DNA from: Bacteroidota bacterium
GTDB lineage: Bacteria > Bacteroidota > Bacteroidia > Bacteroidales > UBA12481
Assembly: GCA_034658635.1 (NCBI GenBank)
Contig: JAYEFL010000097.1
Coordinates: forward strand, 7,074-71,073
DNA: 64,000 nt
Reading direction: 5' to 3'
Position 1 is the first letter of the stretch, and each line of letters starts with the position of its first letter. The notes below the pieces were generated by a model. That model saw nothing but the letters and a program-made list of their open reading frames with translations, made no database searches and had not been told where the DNA came from. A program made the translations under genes and the position numbers. Of this stretch, positions 9,758 to 19,546 are shown in pieces.

Positions 9758-10516
9758 CTAAAAAGCGGTAATAATTCCTAAAAAGTCATCTGATTTTAAT
9801 GAAGCGCCACCAATCAGGCCGCCATCAACATCAGGATTTGAAAATAATTCAACTGCATTAGAGGGTTTGCAAGATCCACCATAAAGTATAGTTATGTCGT
9901 TAGCAATTTCCTCTCCATATTTATCAATCAACAAAGAACGTATAAACACATGAATCTCTTGTGCCTGACCGGCTGTTGCAGTTTTGCCGGTGCCAATTGC
10001 CCATACAGGCTCGTATGCTATGATGCAGTTTTGAATTTCATCTGCTGAAAGATGAAACAGACTCTCATTCAGCTGTTTTGAAACAACCTCGTTTTGAATG
10101 TTACTTTCCCTTTCCTCAAGAACTTCTCCACAGCAAAAAATAGGTTTCATGCTATGCTTTAACACGAGCTTTACTTTCCTGGACAGTGTATCATGATCTT
10201 CCTTATAATATGCTCTCCTTTCTGAATGTCCAATCAAAACAGCCATAACTCCAAGCTCTGCCAGCATAGCAGGTGCTACTTCGCCGGTGTAGGCTCCACT
10301 TTCTTCAGAAGCACAGTTCTGAGCAGCTAAACATATTCTATCTGGATTAATAACTTTTGCTATTTCACTCAAATGAGTAAATGGTGGAGCTATAGCAATC
10401 TTTGTATTACTATTATCCAACTGACTTGCCATGTCATTTATGGTTCTGGCCAGCTTAATGCCTTCCTGGATAGTTGTATTCATTTTCCAGTTACCGGCTA
10501 CAATGTTTTTTCTCAT
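9758..10516 (-). CDS. tpiA: Triosephosphate isomerase
   Basis: Contains [15 protein letters not shown] and [14 protein letters not shown], the canonical TIM motifs. Confidence 0.95.
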   Translation of the reverse strand: MRKNIVAGNWKMNTTIQEGIKLARTINDMASQLDNSNTKIAIAPPFTHLSEIAKVINPDRICLAAQNCASEESGAYTGEVAPAMLAELGVMAVLIGHSERRAYYKEDHDTLSRKVKLVLKHSMKPIFCCGEVLEERESNIQNEVVSKQLNESLFHLSADEIQNCIIAYEPVWAIGTGKTATAGQAQEIHVFIRSLLIDKYGEEIANDITILYGGSCKPSNAVELFSNPDVDGGLIGGASLKSDDFLGIITAF

Positions 10517-10531
10517 ATTATCTATCAGTAT

Positions 10532-11653
10532 TTAATATTCTACAGTTTGAATCTCGCTTGATAGTTCTCCGGGGGAGGGAAGATGCTTATGGTGCCATTT
10601 GTTCATTATGGTGCCATTTTTCATAATCATTAGTCCCGGATTAGATCTGATAATAGTCTTTAAAGTTGTGGGATCTGTGGTGCAGAATTCATAAGGAGTA
10701 TTATGCTCAGACTTAAACAAGGAAATCTCATCTTGTCCGGAAGAAGTCAGACATAAGAATCTGTATCCGCTCTGAAGCATAATATTTGCCAGAATATTGA
10801 TCTCTTCCTGATGGTATTTTGCTGATTCGGAGAGATCATAAGCGATAAGCAAGCAAACATAGCCCGAGTTTAATATTTCATCAGTGATGTCAAATCCATC
10901 CAGAGTAGTAATATTGAAATTATGAATCGGAGGTTCATATCCAACACTTATCACTTTTTCTTCGCGAGACACGAAAGTCCATTCATCATCAGCAGGTATG
11001 CTATTAAGAGTAAATTCAGCAGTTTTGCCATCCTTCTCATACGTGAAAATGAAATCTCTGACATCCTCTGTTGCGCCCTCTGGAATTTCCATTCCTTCCT
11101 GAATGTTAACTCCCACTTTATAAGGCCTGAAATCCATTATTGGAAGTCGATTCAGTGAAAACAGCTCAAATCCAATAATAATTATGGTAAGCAATAACAG
11201 GAACAAATATCTGTATTTGGGACTAAAAAGCTCTGTGAATTTATTTCGATAAAAAACAATAATGATTGCCAGAATAATCAGGATTACATTTTTAAAAAAA
11301 GTTTGCCAATTGGTGATAATAAGCGCATCACCAAAACATCCACAATCTGTCACAGGGTTGAAAATAGCAAGGTAAAGCGTTAGTGGTGTATAAAATGTCA
11401 TAAAAATCAAGGAAAACCATGCGGCAATCTTTATACTGGTATTGGAGAGCAGCATTAATCCAATCAGAAGTTCTAAACCGCACATCAGAACTGATATTAG
11501 CAGAGAATATTCTATGAAATCACTCAGGCCAAAATATATAAGGTAATCATCAATTTTGTAGGCTGTCCCCATAGGATCCACACATTTCACAAATCCACTG
11601 AAGGTGAATATGAGTCCGACAATTAACTTGCTAATAAATCTTATACTACTCAT
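10532..11653 (-). CDS. MauE/DoxX-family membrane protein fused to a C-terminal soluble domain (thioredoxin-fold-like, no CxxC)
   Basis: The N-terminal part has about 4-5 transmembrane segments with a DCGCFGD motif. A roughly 200-aa non-membrane C-terminal domain follows. The gene sits in a tpiA / DoxX / DUF1599 / folP arrangement. Confidence 0.6.
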   Translation of the reverse strand: MSSIRFISKLIVGLIFTFSGFVKCVDPMGTAYKIDDYLIYFGLSDFIEYSLLISVLMCGLELLIGLMLLSNTSIKIAAWFSLIFMTFYTPLTLYLAIFNPVTDCGCFGDALIITNWQTFFKNVILIILAIIIVFYRNKFTELFSPKYRYLFLLLLTIIIIGFELFSLNRLPIMDFRPYKVGVNIQEGMEIPEGATEDVRDFIFTYEKDGKTAEFTLNSIPADDEWTFVSREEKVISVGYEPPIHNFNITTLDGFDITDEILNSGYVCLLIAYDLSESAKYHQEEINILANIMLQSGYRFLCLTSSGQDEISLFKSEHNTPYEFCTTDPTTLKTIIRSNPGLMIMKNGTIMNKWHHKHLPSPGELSSEIQTVEY

Positions 11654-11655
11654 AT

Positions 11656-12207
11656 TTACTCCTCCATTTTTTCTATTTCAAGCTTGATCAGAGCAAAAAT
11701 AGCATAATTGATAATATCAAGATAATTTGCATCTATTCCTTCAGATACAATTGTATTCCCGGCATTATCCTCAATTTGTTTGACACGAAATATCTTCATC
11801 AGGATCAGATCAGTATAAGATGAAACTCTCATTTCCCTCCAGGCTTCTCCGTAATCATGATTTTTATTCATCATGAGGGATTTGGCAATATTGATCTTTT
11901 CTGAATAAAGCTTACGTGCAAACTCAGTATCTAATTCCTGTTCTCCGTCCATCCCAAGTTCAAGCTGAATTAATCCAATGACACCATAATTCACAAGACC
12001 AATAAACTCTGAAAGGATACCTTCCTTAACCTTTTGTTCTCCGATCATCTCAATGCTCTGAATCCTCTGTGCCTTTATGTATAGTTGATCTGTAACCGAT
12101 GAAGGACGCATAATCCTCCAGGAGGTTCCATAATCTTTCATCTTATTAAAAAAAAGCTTTTTGCACAAATCAATGGCTTGATCAAATTGCTGTACAGTTT
12201 TTTTCAT
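11656..12207 (-). CDS. DUF1599-like protein with an internal two-fold repeat
   Basis: 183 aa. The motif DYG-x-WR-x-MR-x-SS-x-TD...K..R...IE appears twice (KDYGTSWRIMRPSSVTDQLYIKAQRIQSIE and HDYGEAWREMRVSSYTDLILMKIFRVKQIE). Confidence 0.65.
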   Translation of the reverse strand: MKKTVQQFDQAIDLCKKLFFNKMKDYGTSWRIMRPSSVTDQLYIKAQRIQSIEMIGEQKVKEGILSEFIGLVNYGVIGLIQLELGMDGEQELDTEFARKLYSEKINIAKSLMMNKNHDYGEAWREMRVSSYTDLILMKIFRVKQIEDNAGNTIVSEGIDANYLDIINYAIFALIKLEIEKMEE

Positions 12208-12266
12208 GTTGTTGATTTTGCGAGCCTAAAAGTATCAAAATTGAATGAAAAAATGAGGTAATATGC

Positions 12267-12274
12267 TAAATTTG
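12267..12274 (+). promoter_or_regulatory. Bacteroidota -7 box (TAnnTTTG) upstream of folP
   Basis: TAAATTTG ends 5 nt before the folP ATG, which implies a leaderless or near-leaderless transcript. Confidence 0.4.
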
Positions 12275-12279
12275 TAGTA

Positions 12280-13134
12280 ATGAAAAACACTCCTGCGATA
12301 CGTATCAGGAAGGATATTCTGAATATGGAAAACGGCCTGGTTATGGGAATTCTCAACCTTACGCCTGACTCTTTTTATTCAGGAAGCAGGTTTCCTGAGA
12401 AAAACAAAGCAAAGAAGCAAATTGATATAATGATCAGCGAGGGTGTGGATATTTTAGATATTGGAGCTTTTTCCAGTCGCCCGGGTGCAGAATTGCTAAG
12501 TGAGTCTGAAGAGTGGAGCAGATTACAGCCAATTTTGCGATTGCTTCGGGATGACTACCCTGAATTGGCTGTTTCACTTGATACTTATCGTGCTGATATT
12601 GCCGCAAAAGCAATTTTGGAATATGGGGTTAGCATCATTAATGATATAAGCTCCGGCCGCTTTGATACAAGAATGCCGGAAGTGACAGGAGAACTTAAGG
12701 TGCCGGTTATTCTGATGCATATGCAGGGGATTCCCGGAACAATGCAGGAAAACCCCGTTTATGAAAATGTTGTTCTGGATGTAATAAAATTCTTTAGTGA
12801 AAGGATTCAGGTATTCAGAAATGCCGGAGTTCATGACATTATCCTGGATCCGGGCTTTGGTTTTGGAAAAACGCTGAAGCATAATTATGAATTACTGAAG
12901 CAATTAAGCAGCCTCAAGGAGCTTGGCTTTTCTGTGATGGCTGGAATCAGTAGAAAATCAATGATTTATAATTACATTGGAGGAAAGGCCGAGGATGCGT
13001 TAAATGGAACCACCACATTAAATGCATTATGCCGGCAGAATGGAGCTGATATCCTGCGTGTACATGATGTAAAAGAAGCTGTAGAATGCCTGAAGCTGAC
13101 TAATCTGGTTATGCAGCCTGAATTATTAACTTAG
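12280..13134 (+). CDS. folP: Dihydropteroate synthase
   Basis: Contains GILNLTPDSFYSG, DIGAFSSRPG and DPGFGFGKT, which are pterin-binding domain motifs. Confidence 0.9.
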   Translation: MKNTPAIRIRKDILNMENGLVMGILNLTPDSFYSGSRFPEKNKAKKQIDIMISEGVDILDIGAFSSRPGAELLSESEEWSRLQPILRLLRDDYPELAVSLDTYRADIAAKAILEYGVSIINDISSGRFDTRMPEVTGELKVPVILMHMQGIPGTMQENPVYENVVLDVIKFFSERIQVFRNAGVHDIILDPGFGFGKTLKHNYELLKQLSSLKELGFSVMAGISRKSMIYNYIGGKAEDALNGTTTLNALCRQNGADILRVHDVKEAVECLKLTNLVMQPELLT

Positions 13135-13142
13135 CAGAAACT

Positions 13143-13934
13143 ATGGGATTTATTTTTGAAAATATCAGAATTCTGGATATCCTGGATATTCTTTTAGTGG
13201 CATTCTTACTCTATCAGCTATTTCTCCTCATCCGTGGTACTGTTGCCTTAAATATTTTCTATGGAGTATTTATGCTATTGTTAACGTGGTTGGTAGTAAA
13301 GGCCTTGGATATGCAACTCCTTGGGTCAATATTAGGCCAGTTTATCGGCTTAGGCCTGATTGCACTCCTGATCGTATTTCAGCAGGAGGTGAGACGATTT
13401 CTTCTGATATTAGGTACACGATATTTTCGGGAAACCCGTTTCTCTTTTGAGAAAATTTTCAGATTCAAGGATGCGGAACCTTATGGTTGGGACCTGACAC
13501 TTATAGGAAATATTTGCTTTCAATTAGCAGAAATGAAGCTAGGTGCTTTATTGGTATTGGCGAAAAAATCAGAACTTAGAACTTTTGCTGAAAGCGGACA
13601 GATAATAGATGGGGAATTATCATCTGATTTGATCATGAGTATCTTTCAAAAGACATCGCCATTACACGATGGAGCTGTCATTTTAGTTAAAAACCGAATA
13701 ATAGCCGCTGCTTGTGTACTGCCAATAACTGACAATAACAGTTTACGGGGAAGTTTGGGTATGAGGCACCGAGCCGGGGTAGGGATGTCGGAAAATAGTG
13801 ACTCTGTTGTTCTTATTGTTTCAGAGGAAACAGGATCTGTTTCAATTGCTAATATGGGGGAACTCAAAGAAGTAAATAGCAAGGAAAAGCTAAAGAGAGC
13901 CCTGACTAAAATCTTTAAAGAAATTCAGTCATGA
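13143..13934 (+). CDS. cdaA: Diadenylate cyclase (c-di-AMP synthase), membrane-anchored CdaA type
   Basis: Three N-terminal transmembrane helices are followed by a DAC domain with SPLHDGAVIL and GMRHRAG motifs. Confidence 0.9.
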   Translation: MGFIFENIRILDILDILLVAFLLYQLFLLIRGTVALNIFYGVFMLLLTWLVVKALDMQLLGSILGQFIGLGLIALLIVFQQEVRRFLLILGTRYFRETRFSFEKIFRFKDAEPYGWDLTLIGNICFQLAEMKLGALLVLAKKSELRTFAESGQIIDGELSSDLIMSIFQKTSPLHDGAVILVKNRIIAAACVLPITDNNSLRGSLGMRHRAGVGMSENSDSVVLIVSEETGSVSIANMGELKEVNSKEKLKRALTKIFKEIQS

Positions 13935-15016
13935 TAGATTTTCTTGAAAAAGAACTTCTCCATTTCAAAGATATCTCATTATCATATTTGGATATTGGAG
14001 GCCTTATTTTACTGGTTTTTGCTGCTATTTTTATAAATGCCCTGGTTGGTCGTTTTATCAAAAAATTGAAATTCTTTTCCAAATGGGAATTGAATAGAAA
14101 GAGGATATTATTTAATGGGATTAGAATAATAGTTTGGGTTATAGTCATTGGGCTGATCCTGGAAATACTCGGACTAAACCTGCAGAATTTCTGGAATTTT
14201 TATCTCGTGGGTTCTGCAGATCAACCTGATCAATTCAGTCTCCAGCCAAGCCATCTCTTTGGCGCTTTTATGGTATTTATTTTTACCAGAATTGCTATCA
14301 TGGGGCTGGAGCGGGTATTTACGAGTGGAAGTTATTTCAGGGAAAAAGATCAAGGGAAATCACGATCTGTATATAAGTTTCTATCATATCTAATCTGGGT
14401 AATTGCCTTTATTATAATTCTTGGATCTACCGGACTAGAGCTCAAAGTCTTGTATGGGGCAGGAGCTGCTCTGCTAGTTGGAATTGGTTTCGGATTACAG
14501 CAGATTTTTGCTGACTTGATATCAGGAATATTCTTGCTATTTGAAGGAAATCTCAAAGAGGGAGATGTGGTAGAACTTAATAATGGAATTATTGGGAAGG
14601 TAGCTCATGTTGGGATAAGAACTTCTAAGATACTGACTCGGGATGATTATACTATGATTATTCCTAATACCCAGTTTATTACGAAGGAGGTTATTAATTG
14701 GACCCACAATGAAGAGAATACGCGTTTTCGAATTGACGTGGGGGTTGCATATGGTTCAGATGTAAGACTAGTTGAAAAAGTTCTATTGGAATGTGCAAAG
14801 GGCAACTCTGAGATTAGCATTGAGCCAAAACCTTTTGTGAGGTTTGATAATTTCGGTAACTCTTCTTTAGATTTTCAACTCTTCTTCTGGAGTCGAAAAA
14901 CTTTCAGAATTGAGAATCTAAAATCTGATTTGAGGTTTAATATTGATGAACAATTTCGGAAAAATGATGTACAGATCCCGTTCCCTCAAGTGGATGTTCA
15001 TATGAAGACGAAATAG
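13931..15016 (+). CDS. MscS-family mechanosensitive channel
   Basis: Transmembrane helices are followed by LLVGIGFGLQQIFADLISGIFLLFEGNLKEGDVVEL, the MscS pore-helix/beta-domain signature. Its ATG overlaps the cdaA TGA (ATGA). Confidence 0.85.
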   Translation: MIDFLEKELLHFKDISLSYLDIGGLILLVFAAIFINALVGRFIKKLKFFSKWELNRKRILFNGIRIIVWVIVIGLILEILGLNLQNFWNFYLVGSADQPDQFSLQPSHLFGAFMVFIFTRIAIMGLERVFTSGSYFREKDQGKSRSVYKFLSYLIWVIAFIIILGSTGLELKVLYGAGAALLVGIGFGLQQIFADLISGIFLLFEGNLKEGDVVELNNGIIGKVAHVGIRTSKILTRDDYTMIIPNTQFITKEVINWTHNEENTRFRIDVGVAYGSDVRLVEKVLLECAKGNSEISIEPKPFVRFDNFGNSSLDFQLFFWSRKTFRIENLKSDLRFNIDEQFRKNDVQIPFPQVDVHMKTK

Positions 15017-15020
15017 TTGG

Positions 15021-15656
15021 CTATTGAGCAGGTTTTTTTCTAAACCAAATTCGGTTTTCGGTTCCCTGTAATATTCTTTTAATATTACTTCGGTGGGTGT
15101 AAAGAATCATCAGAGAAATAAAGAGAGAAAAGATTAGTAAAACTGGTTTTTCAGTTTTGTATGTTAAAAAAACTGTAATAGGGAGACTAATACTTCCCAG
15201 CATCGATCCTAAACTCATCATCCTGAAACTGAAAATTACTATCAGAAAAACACCAATTCCCAGGGCTGCACCCATAGGGAATAATGCCAGGATCATTCCT
15301 AATCCGGTTGCAACGCCTTTACCTCCCTTGAATCTAGCCAGTATGGGAACCAAGTGTCCGATGAAGGCTAAAATTCCATAAATAACAGGAACCAGCTGTA
15401 GAGCAATGCTTCCCTCTTCAAGAAAGGTGAGTGATGCCAACTTAACGGCTGCAAAGCCTTTAGCTACATCAATGATCAAAACAGGGATGCCAACCTTTGG
15501 TCCAAAGACACGCAGAGCATTAGAAAACCCAGCATTTCCACTCCCTTGTTCACGTACATCAGTATTGTAAAACCACTTTCCGATCCATACGGCTGTGGGA
15601 ATGGAACCTAAGACATAGGCTCCTATTCCAAATAAGATAATTTCCGTCCAGTTCAT
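15021..15656 (-). CDS. plsY: Glycerol-3-phosphate acyltransferase PlsY
   Basis: 211-aa polytopic protein with GSGNAGFSNALR and RFKGGKGVATGLG motifs. Confidence 0.9.
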   Translation of the reverse strand: MNWTEIILFGIGAYVLGSIPTAVWIGKWFYNTDVREQGSGNAGFSNALRVFGPKVGIPVLIIDVAKGFAAVKLASLTFLEEGSIALQLVPVIYGILAFIGHLVPILARFKGGKGVATGLGMILALFPMGAALGIGVFLIVIFSFRMMSLGSMLGSISLPITVFLTYKTEKPVLLIFSLFISLMILYTHRSNIKRILQGTENRIWFRKKPAQ

Positions 15657-15695
15657 AGTTTATGTTAAGCACCAAAGGTAAGCTATTATCAGAGC

Positions 15696-15726
15696 AAAAA
15701 AAAAGGCCACCCATATAGGGCAGCCT
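15696..15726 (-). terminator. Putative rho-independent terminator after ppdK
   Basis: AGGCCACCC-atata-GGGCAGCCT forms a stem with an internal 2-nt mismatch. On the minus strand it is followed by a run of 9 T. Confidence 0.5.
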
Positions 15727-15749
15727 GATTTTTCATATAAATAATTGAT

Positions 15750-18476
15750 TTACTGCTGTTTAATGGCTGCATGTGCTGCCGCTAATCGGGCGATAGGCAC
15801 ACGATAAGGTGAGCAGCTGACATAGTTCATGCCAACGCTATTACAGAACTCAACTGAACTTGGTTCTCCGCCGTGTTCACCACAAATACCTACTTTAAGA
15901 TCTGGTTTTGTTATCCGACCTTTTTCAGTACCCATTCTTACTAATTGCCCAACTCCCTCTTGATCCAGGACCTGGAATGGATCTTCTTTCAGAATACCCT
16001 TTTCCAGATATACTGGCAGGAATTTACCTGCGTCATCTCTTGAATAACCGAAAGCCATTTGGGTCAGGTCATTAGTTCCGAAAGAAAAGAATTCGGCAGA
16101 TTGAGCGATCATGTCTGCAGTTAAGCAGGCACGAGGAATCTCAATCATAGTTCCAACAAGAAAGTCTATTTTGTCATTTCTTTCTTCAAAGACTTTCTTG
16201 ATTGTATCTCTAACAATTTTTTCCTGATATTGCATTTCTTCCAGTGTTCCGGTAAGAGGAACCATAATCTCAGGATAAGACTTGATCCCTTTAGCTTGCA
16301 AGTTCAGAGCAGCCTCAATAATTGCCCTGGCCTGCATCTCTGTAATTTCAGGATATGTATTACCTAAACGACACCCACGATGGCCAAGCATGGGATTGAA
16401 TTCGGCCAAAGACTCAACTTTATCTTTCACTTCTTTAACTGAAATACCCATTTCATCCGCCATTTCTTGTTGGTTTGCTTCTTCGTGAGGAACAAACTCG
16501 TGTAATGGAGGATCAAGGAGGCGAACGGTAACAGGAAGATCCTGCATGGCTTCGAAAATTCCTTCAAAGTCTTCTCTTTGAATTGGCAAAAGTTTATCCA
16601 GCGCACTTCTTCTTCCGGCTTCATCATCTGCAAGGATCATTTCGCGAACGGCTTTAATTCTGTCTCCTTCAAAGAACATGTGCTCGGTACGGCATAATCC
16701 AATACCTATTGCTCCGAAACTTCTGGCTACATTAGAATCATGAGGAGAATCAGCGTTGGTTCTTACTCCCATGGTTGAATACTTAGCCGACAGATCCATT
16801 AATTTGCCAAAGTCTCCGCTCAATTCCGGATCGATGGTTTGAATTTTACCTTCATATACTTCACCTGTTGAACCATTAAGTGAGATCCAATCACCTTCAC
16901 CATAATTCTTGCCATCAACAATCAAAGTTTTTGCTTTATAGTTAATTTTCAAACTTCCTGCTCCAGACACACAGCATTTTCCCATACCTCTGGCAACAAC
17001 AGCAGCGTGAGAAGTCATACCTCCCCTGGCAGTAAGAATACCATTAGCTACATTCATACCTTTCAAATCCTCAGGAGATGTTTCGATACGAACCAAAATA
17101 ATATCTTTTCCATCAGCCGCCCATTCTTCAGCTTCATCAGCGTGGAAAACAATCTGACCAGTAGCAGCACCAGGTGAGGCTGGTAATCCTTTAGCGAAAA
17201 TAGTTCCTTTAGCAAGCGCTTCCGGATCAAATACAGGGTGAAGAAGTTCATCCAGTTTATTTGGCTCATTGCGAAGTAAAGCAGTTTTTTCATCAATCAT
17301 ACCTTGTTCAAGCATGTCCATAGATATCTTCACCATAGCGCCACCAGTTCGCTTACCACCACGCGTTTGAAGCAACCATAGTTTCCCATCCTGAATTGTA
17401 AATTCCAGATCCTGCATATCAGAGTAATGATCCTCTAACTTCTGCTGAGTCTCATCAAGTTCCTTATAAACTTCAGGCATAACTTCTTCAAGAGAAGGAA
17501 ATTTTTTAGCTCGATCAGTTTCACTGACTTCTGCAAGAACAGCCCAACGTTTTGAACCCTCTAGTGTAATCTGTTGAGGAGTGCGAACACCAGCAACCAC
17601 GTCTTCTCCTTGTGCATCAATCAGATACTCTCCATTAAAAATATCTTCGCCAGTTCCGGCATCTCTTGTAAATGCAACTCCTGTACCAGAATTTTTACCC
17701 ATGTTACCATAAACCATCGCCTGAACATTAACAGCAGTTCCCCATTCGCCAGGAATTCTGTTTAATTGACGATAATAAACAGCTCTTTCAGTATTCCAAC
17801 TGTCAAAAACAGCCATTACAGCGCCCCATAATTGTTCCCATGGATTGTCCGGGAAATTATGTCCGGTTTGCTTTAATACTGCAGCCTTGAATTCGGCTAC
17901 TAAATCTTTTAAGTCATCAACAGATAAGTCATTATCGTCATCTACTCCCTTAGCTTCTTTTTTTGCTTCAATGATGGCTTCGAATGGATCAATATCTTCT
18001 TTTGTTTCTGGCTTTAATCCAAGTACAACGTCTCCGTACATCTGAACAAATCTTCTGTAAGAGTCCCATGCAAATCTGTCATTTCCAGTACGCCTGGCTA
18101 ATCCTGCAACAGCATCATCATTCAAACCCAAATTCAATACGGTGTCCATCATACCCGGCATAGATACTCTTGATCCTGAGCGAACAGACAATAGACATGG
18201 ATTCTCATTGCTACCAAATTTGGCGCCCATGATGGATTCAACTAGTGCAACTGATTCTTCAACCTCCTCCTTCAGCAGCTCCACAATTTTTTCACTACCA
18301 AGCTTGTTGTACTCAGTACAAACTTCTGTTGTAATTGTAAATCCCGGAGGCACTGCTACTCCGATCAAATTCATTTCCGCGAGATTCGCGCCTTTTCCCC
18401 CAAGGAGATTTTTCATGTCAGCTTTACCTTCAGCTTTTTTATCACCAAAAGTATAAACACGCTTAACCTGTGACAT
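15750..18476 (-). CDS. ppdK: Pyruvate, phosphate dikinase
   Basis: 908 aa. It has GGKGANLAEM, the phospho-histidine region GGMTSHAAVVARGMG and a C-terminal PEP-utilising domain (GICGEHGG). Confidence 0.95.
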   Translation of the reverse strand: MSQVKRVYTFGDKKAEGKADMKNLLGGKGANLAEMNLIGVAVPPGFTITTEVCTEYNKLGSEKIVELLKEEVEESVALVESIMGAKFGSNENPCLLSVRSGSRVSMPGMMDTVLNLGLNDDAVAGLARRTGNDRFAWDSYRRFVQMYGDVVLGLKPETKEDIDPFEAIIEAKKEAKGVDDDNDLSVDDLKDLVAEFKAAVLKQTGHNFPDNPWEQLWGAVMAVFDSWNTERAVYYRQLNRIPGEWGTAVNVQAMVYGNMGKNSGTGVAFTRDAGTGEDIFNGEYLIDAQGEDVVAGVRTPQQITLEGSKRWAVLAEVSETDRAKKFPSLEEVMPEVYKELDETQQKLEDHYSDMQDLEFTIQDGKLWLLQTRGGKRTGGAMVKISMDMLEQGMIDEKTALLRNEPNKLDELLHPVFDPEALAKGTIFAKGLPASPGAATGQIVFHADEAEEWAADGKDIILVRIETSPEDLKGMNVANGILTARGGMTSHAAVVARGMGKCCVSGAGSLKINYKAKTLIVDGKNYGEGDWISLNGSTGEVYEGKIQTIDPELSGDFGKLMDLSAKYSTMGVRTNADSPHDSNVARSFGAIGIGLCRTEHMFFEGDRIKAVREMILADDEAGRRSALDKLLPIQREDFEGIFEAMQDLPVTVRLLDPPLHEFVPHEEANQQEMADEMGISVKEVKDKVESLAEFNPMLGHRGCRLGNTYPEITEMQARAIIEAALNLQAKGIKSYPEIMVPLTGTLEEMQYQEKIVRDTIKKVFEERNDKIDFLVGTMIEIPRACLTADMIAQSAEFFSFGTNDLTQMAFGYSRDDAGKFLPVYLEKGILKEDPFQVLDQEGVGQLVRMGTEKGRITKPDLKVGICGEHGGEPSSVEFCNSVGMNYVSCSPYRVPIARLAAAHAAIKQQ

Positions 18477-18530
18477 AGTGTGATTTTTAATGGTTAGTAT
18501 TATCTAGTTATATATTGTTAATGCAAGCCA

Positions 18531-18538
18531 CAAAAGTA
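18531..18538 (-). promoter_or_regulatory. Candidate -7 box (TACTTTTG on the minus strand) upstream of ppdK
   Basis: The plus strand reads CAAAAGTA, the reverse complement of TAnnTTTG. It lies about 55 nt upstream of the ppdK start. Confidence 0.35.
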
Positions 18539-18574
18539 GTTCAAAATTGTCAAATATGCTAGAGCTAATTCAGA

Positions 18575-19477
18575 CTATGATCTTGGATGGAATCTATGAA
18601 TGGTGTCTGTAAGATATTCGCGATTTAAATGCGTGTAAATCTCTGTGGTCAGGATAGATTCATGTCCAAGCATTTCCTGAACTGCACGTAAATCTGCACC
18701 ACCTTCCACTAAATGTGTAGCAAATGAATGACGAAATGTGTGTGGACTGATTGTTTTCTTTATTCCAGCTTCATCAGATAGTTTTCGAACGATTTGAAAG
18801 ATCATACCCCTTGTTAATGATTTCCCAAATTTGTTGAGGAAGACAAGGTCCTCAAACCCCGGCTTAGGATGAGAATGCGGAAGATATTCCTGAATTAGGA
18901 TTTTCAAGGATTTGTGTGCCATGCCTCCAAGTGGAATAAGTCGTTCTTTATGACCTTTTCCAATCATCTGAATATATCCATCTTTGAAGTGAATTTGCGA
19001 TCTTAATAATCCTGTACATTCACTTACTCTTAACCCACATCCGTATAATACTTCAATAATCACTTTATTTCTGAATCCAGCCGGAATACTTAGGTCTATT
19101 CTATTAATAATTGTTTCTATTTCTATTGCCGACAAAACTTCAGGCAAATGCCTGCCAATTTTTGGACCTTCTAGAAGGCTTGCTGGATTATGGCTGATAG
19201 TATTTTCTAATAAAAGGTATTTAAAGAAGGCTTTAATACCTGAAACAGTTCTGGCTTGAGATCTGACTGCCAGTCCTGCTTTATTCAAATCCCCTAGAAA
19301 ATCCCTTAAGTGACTTAGTTCAATCAGCCTTATGTCAAATCCAGGAGTAGCTGATTCAAGGTAGGTCAACAATCGTCTGACATCTCTTTCGTAACTCTCA
19401 TTGCTATTATCGGATAATCCTTTTTCCAATCTAAGATAGCTCATGAAAGGCTTTATGTATTGAGTATTATCAGACAT
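18575..19477 (-). CDS. xerD: Tyrosine site-specific recombinase, XerD-like
   Basis: Contains GLRVSE...HTFRHSFATHLVEGGADLRAVQEMLGHESILTTEIYTH, which covers the R-H-R-Y catalytic region. Confidence 0.85.
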   Translation of the reverse strand: MSDNTQYIKPFMSYLRLEKGLSDNSNESYERDVRRLLTYLESATPGFDIRLIELSHLRDFLGDLNKAGLAVRSQARTVSGIKAFFKYLLLENTISHNPASLLEGPKIGRHLPEVLSAIEIETIINRIDLSIPAGFRNKVIIEVLYGCGLRVSECTGLLRSQIHFKDGYIQMIGKGHKERLIPLGGMAHKSLKILIQEYLPHSHPKPGFEDLVFLNKFGKSLTRGMIFQIVRKLSDEAGIKKTISPHTFRHSFATHLVEGGADLRAVQEMLGHESILTTEIYTHLNREYLTDTIHRFHPRS

Positions 19478-19523
19478 TGCACACGAATTATGCTATAAAA
19501 ATAAGCTTTTATTCAGGTTTTCG

Positions 19524-19531
19524 TACTTTTG
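19524..19531 (+). promoter_or_regulatory. -7 box (TAnnTTTG) upstream of aroQ-pyk
   Basis: TACTTTTG lies 16 nt upstream of the aroQ ATG. Confidence 0.45.
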
Positions 19532-19546
19532 CACAAAATCTGAAAT

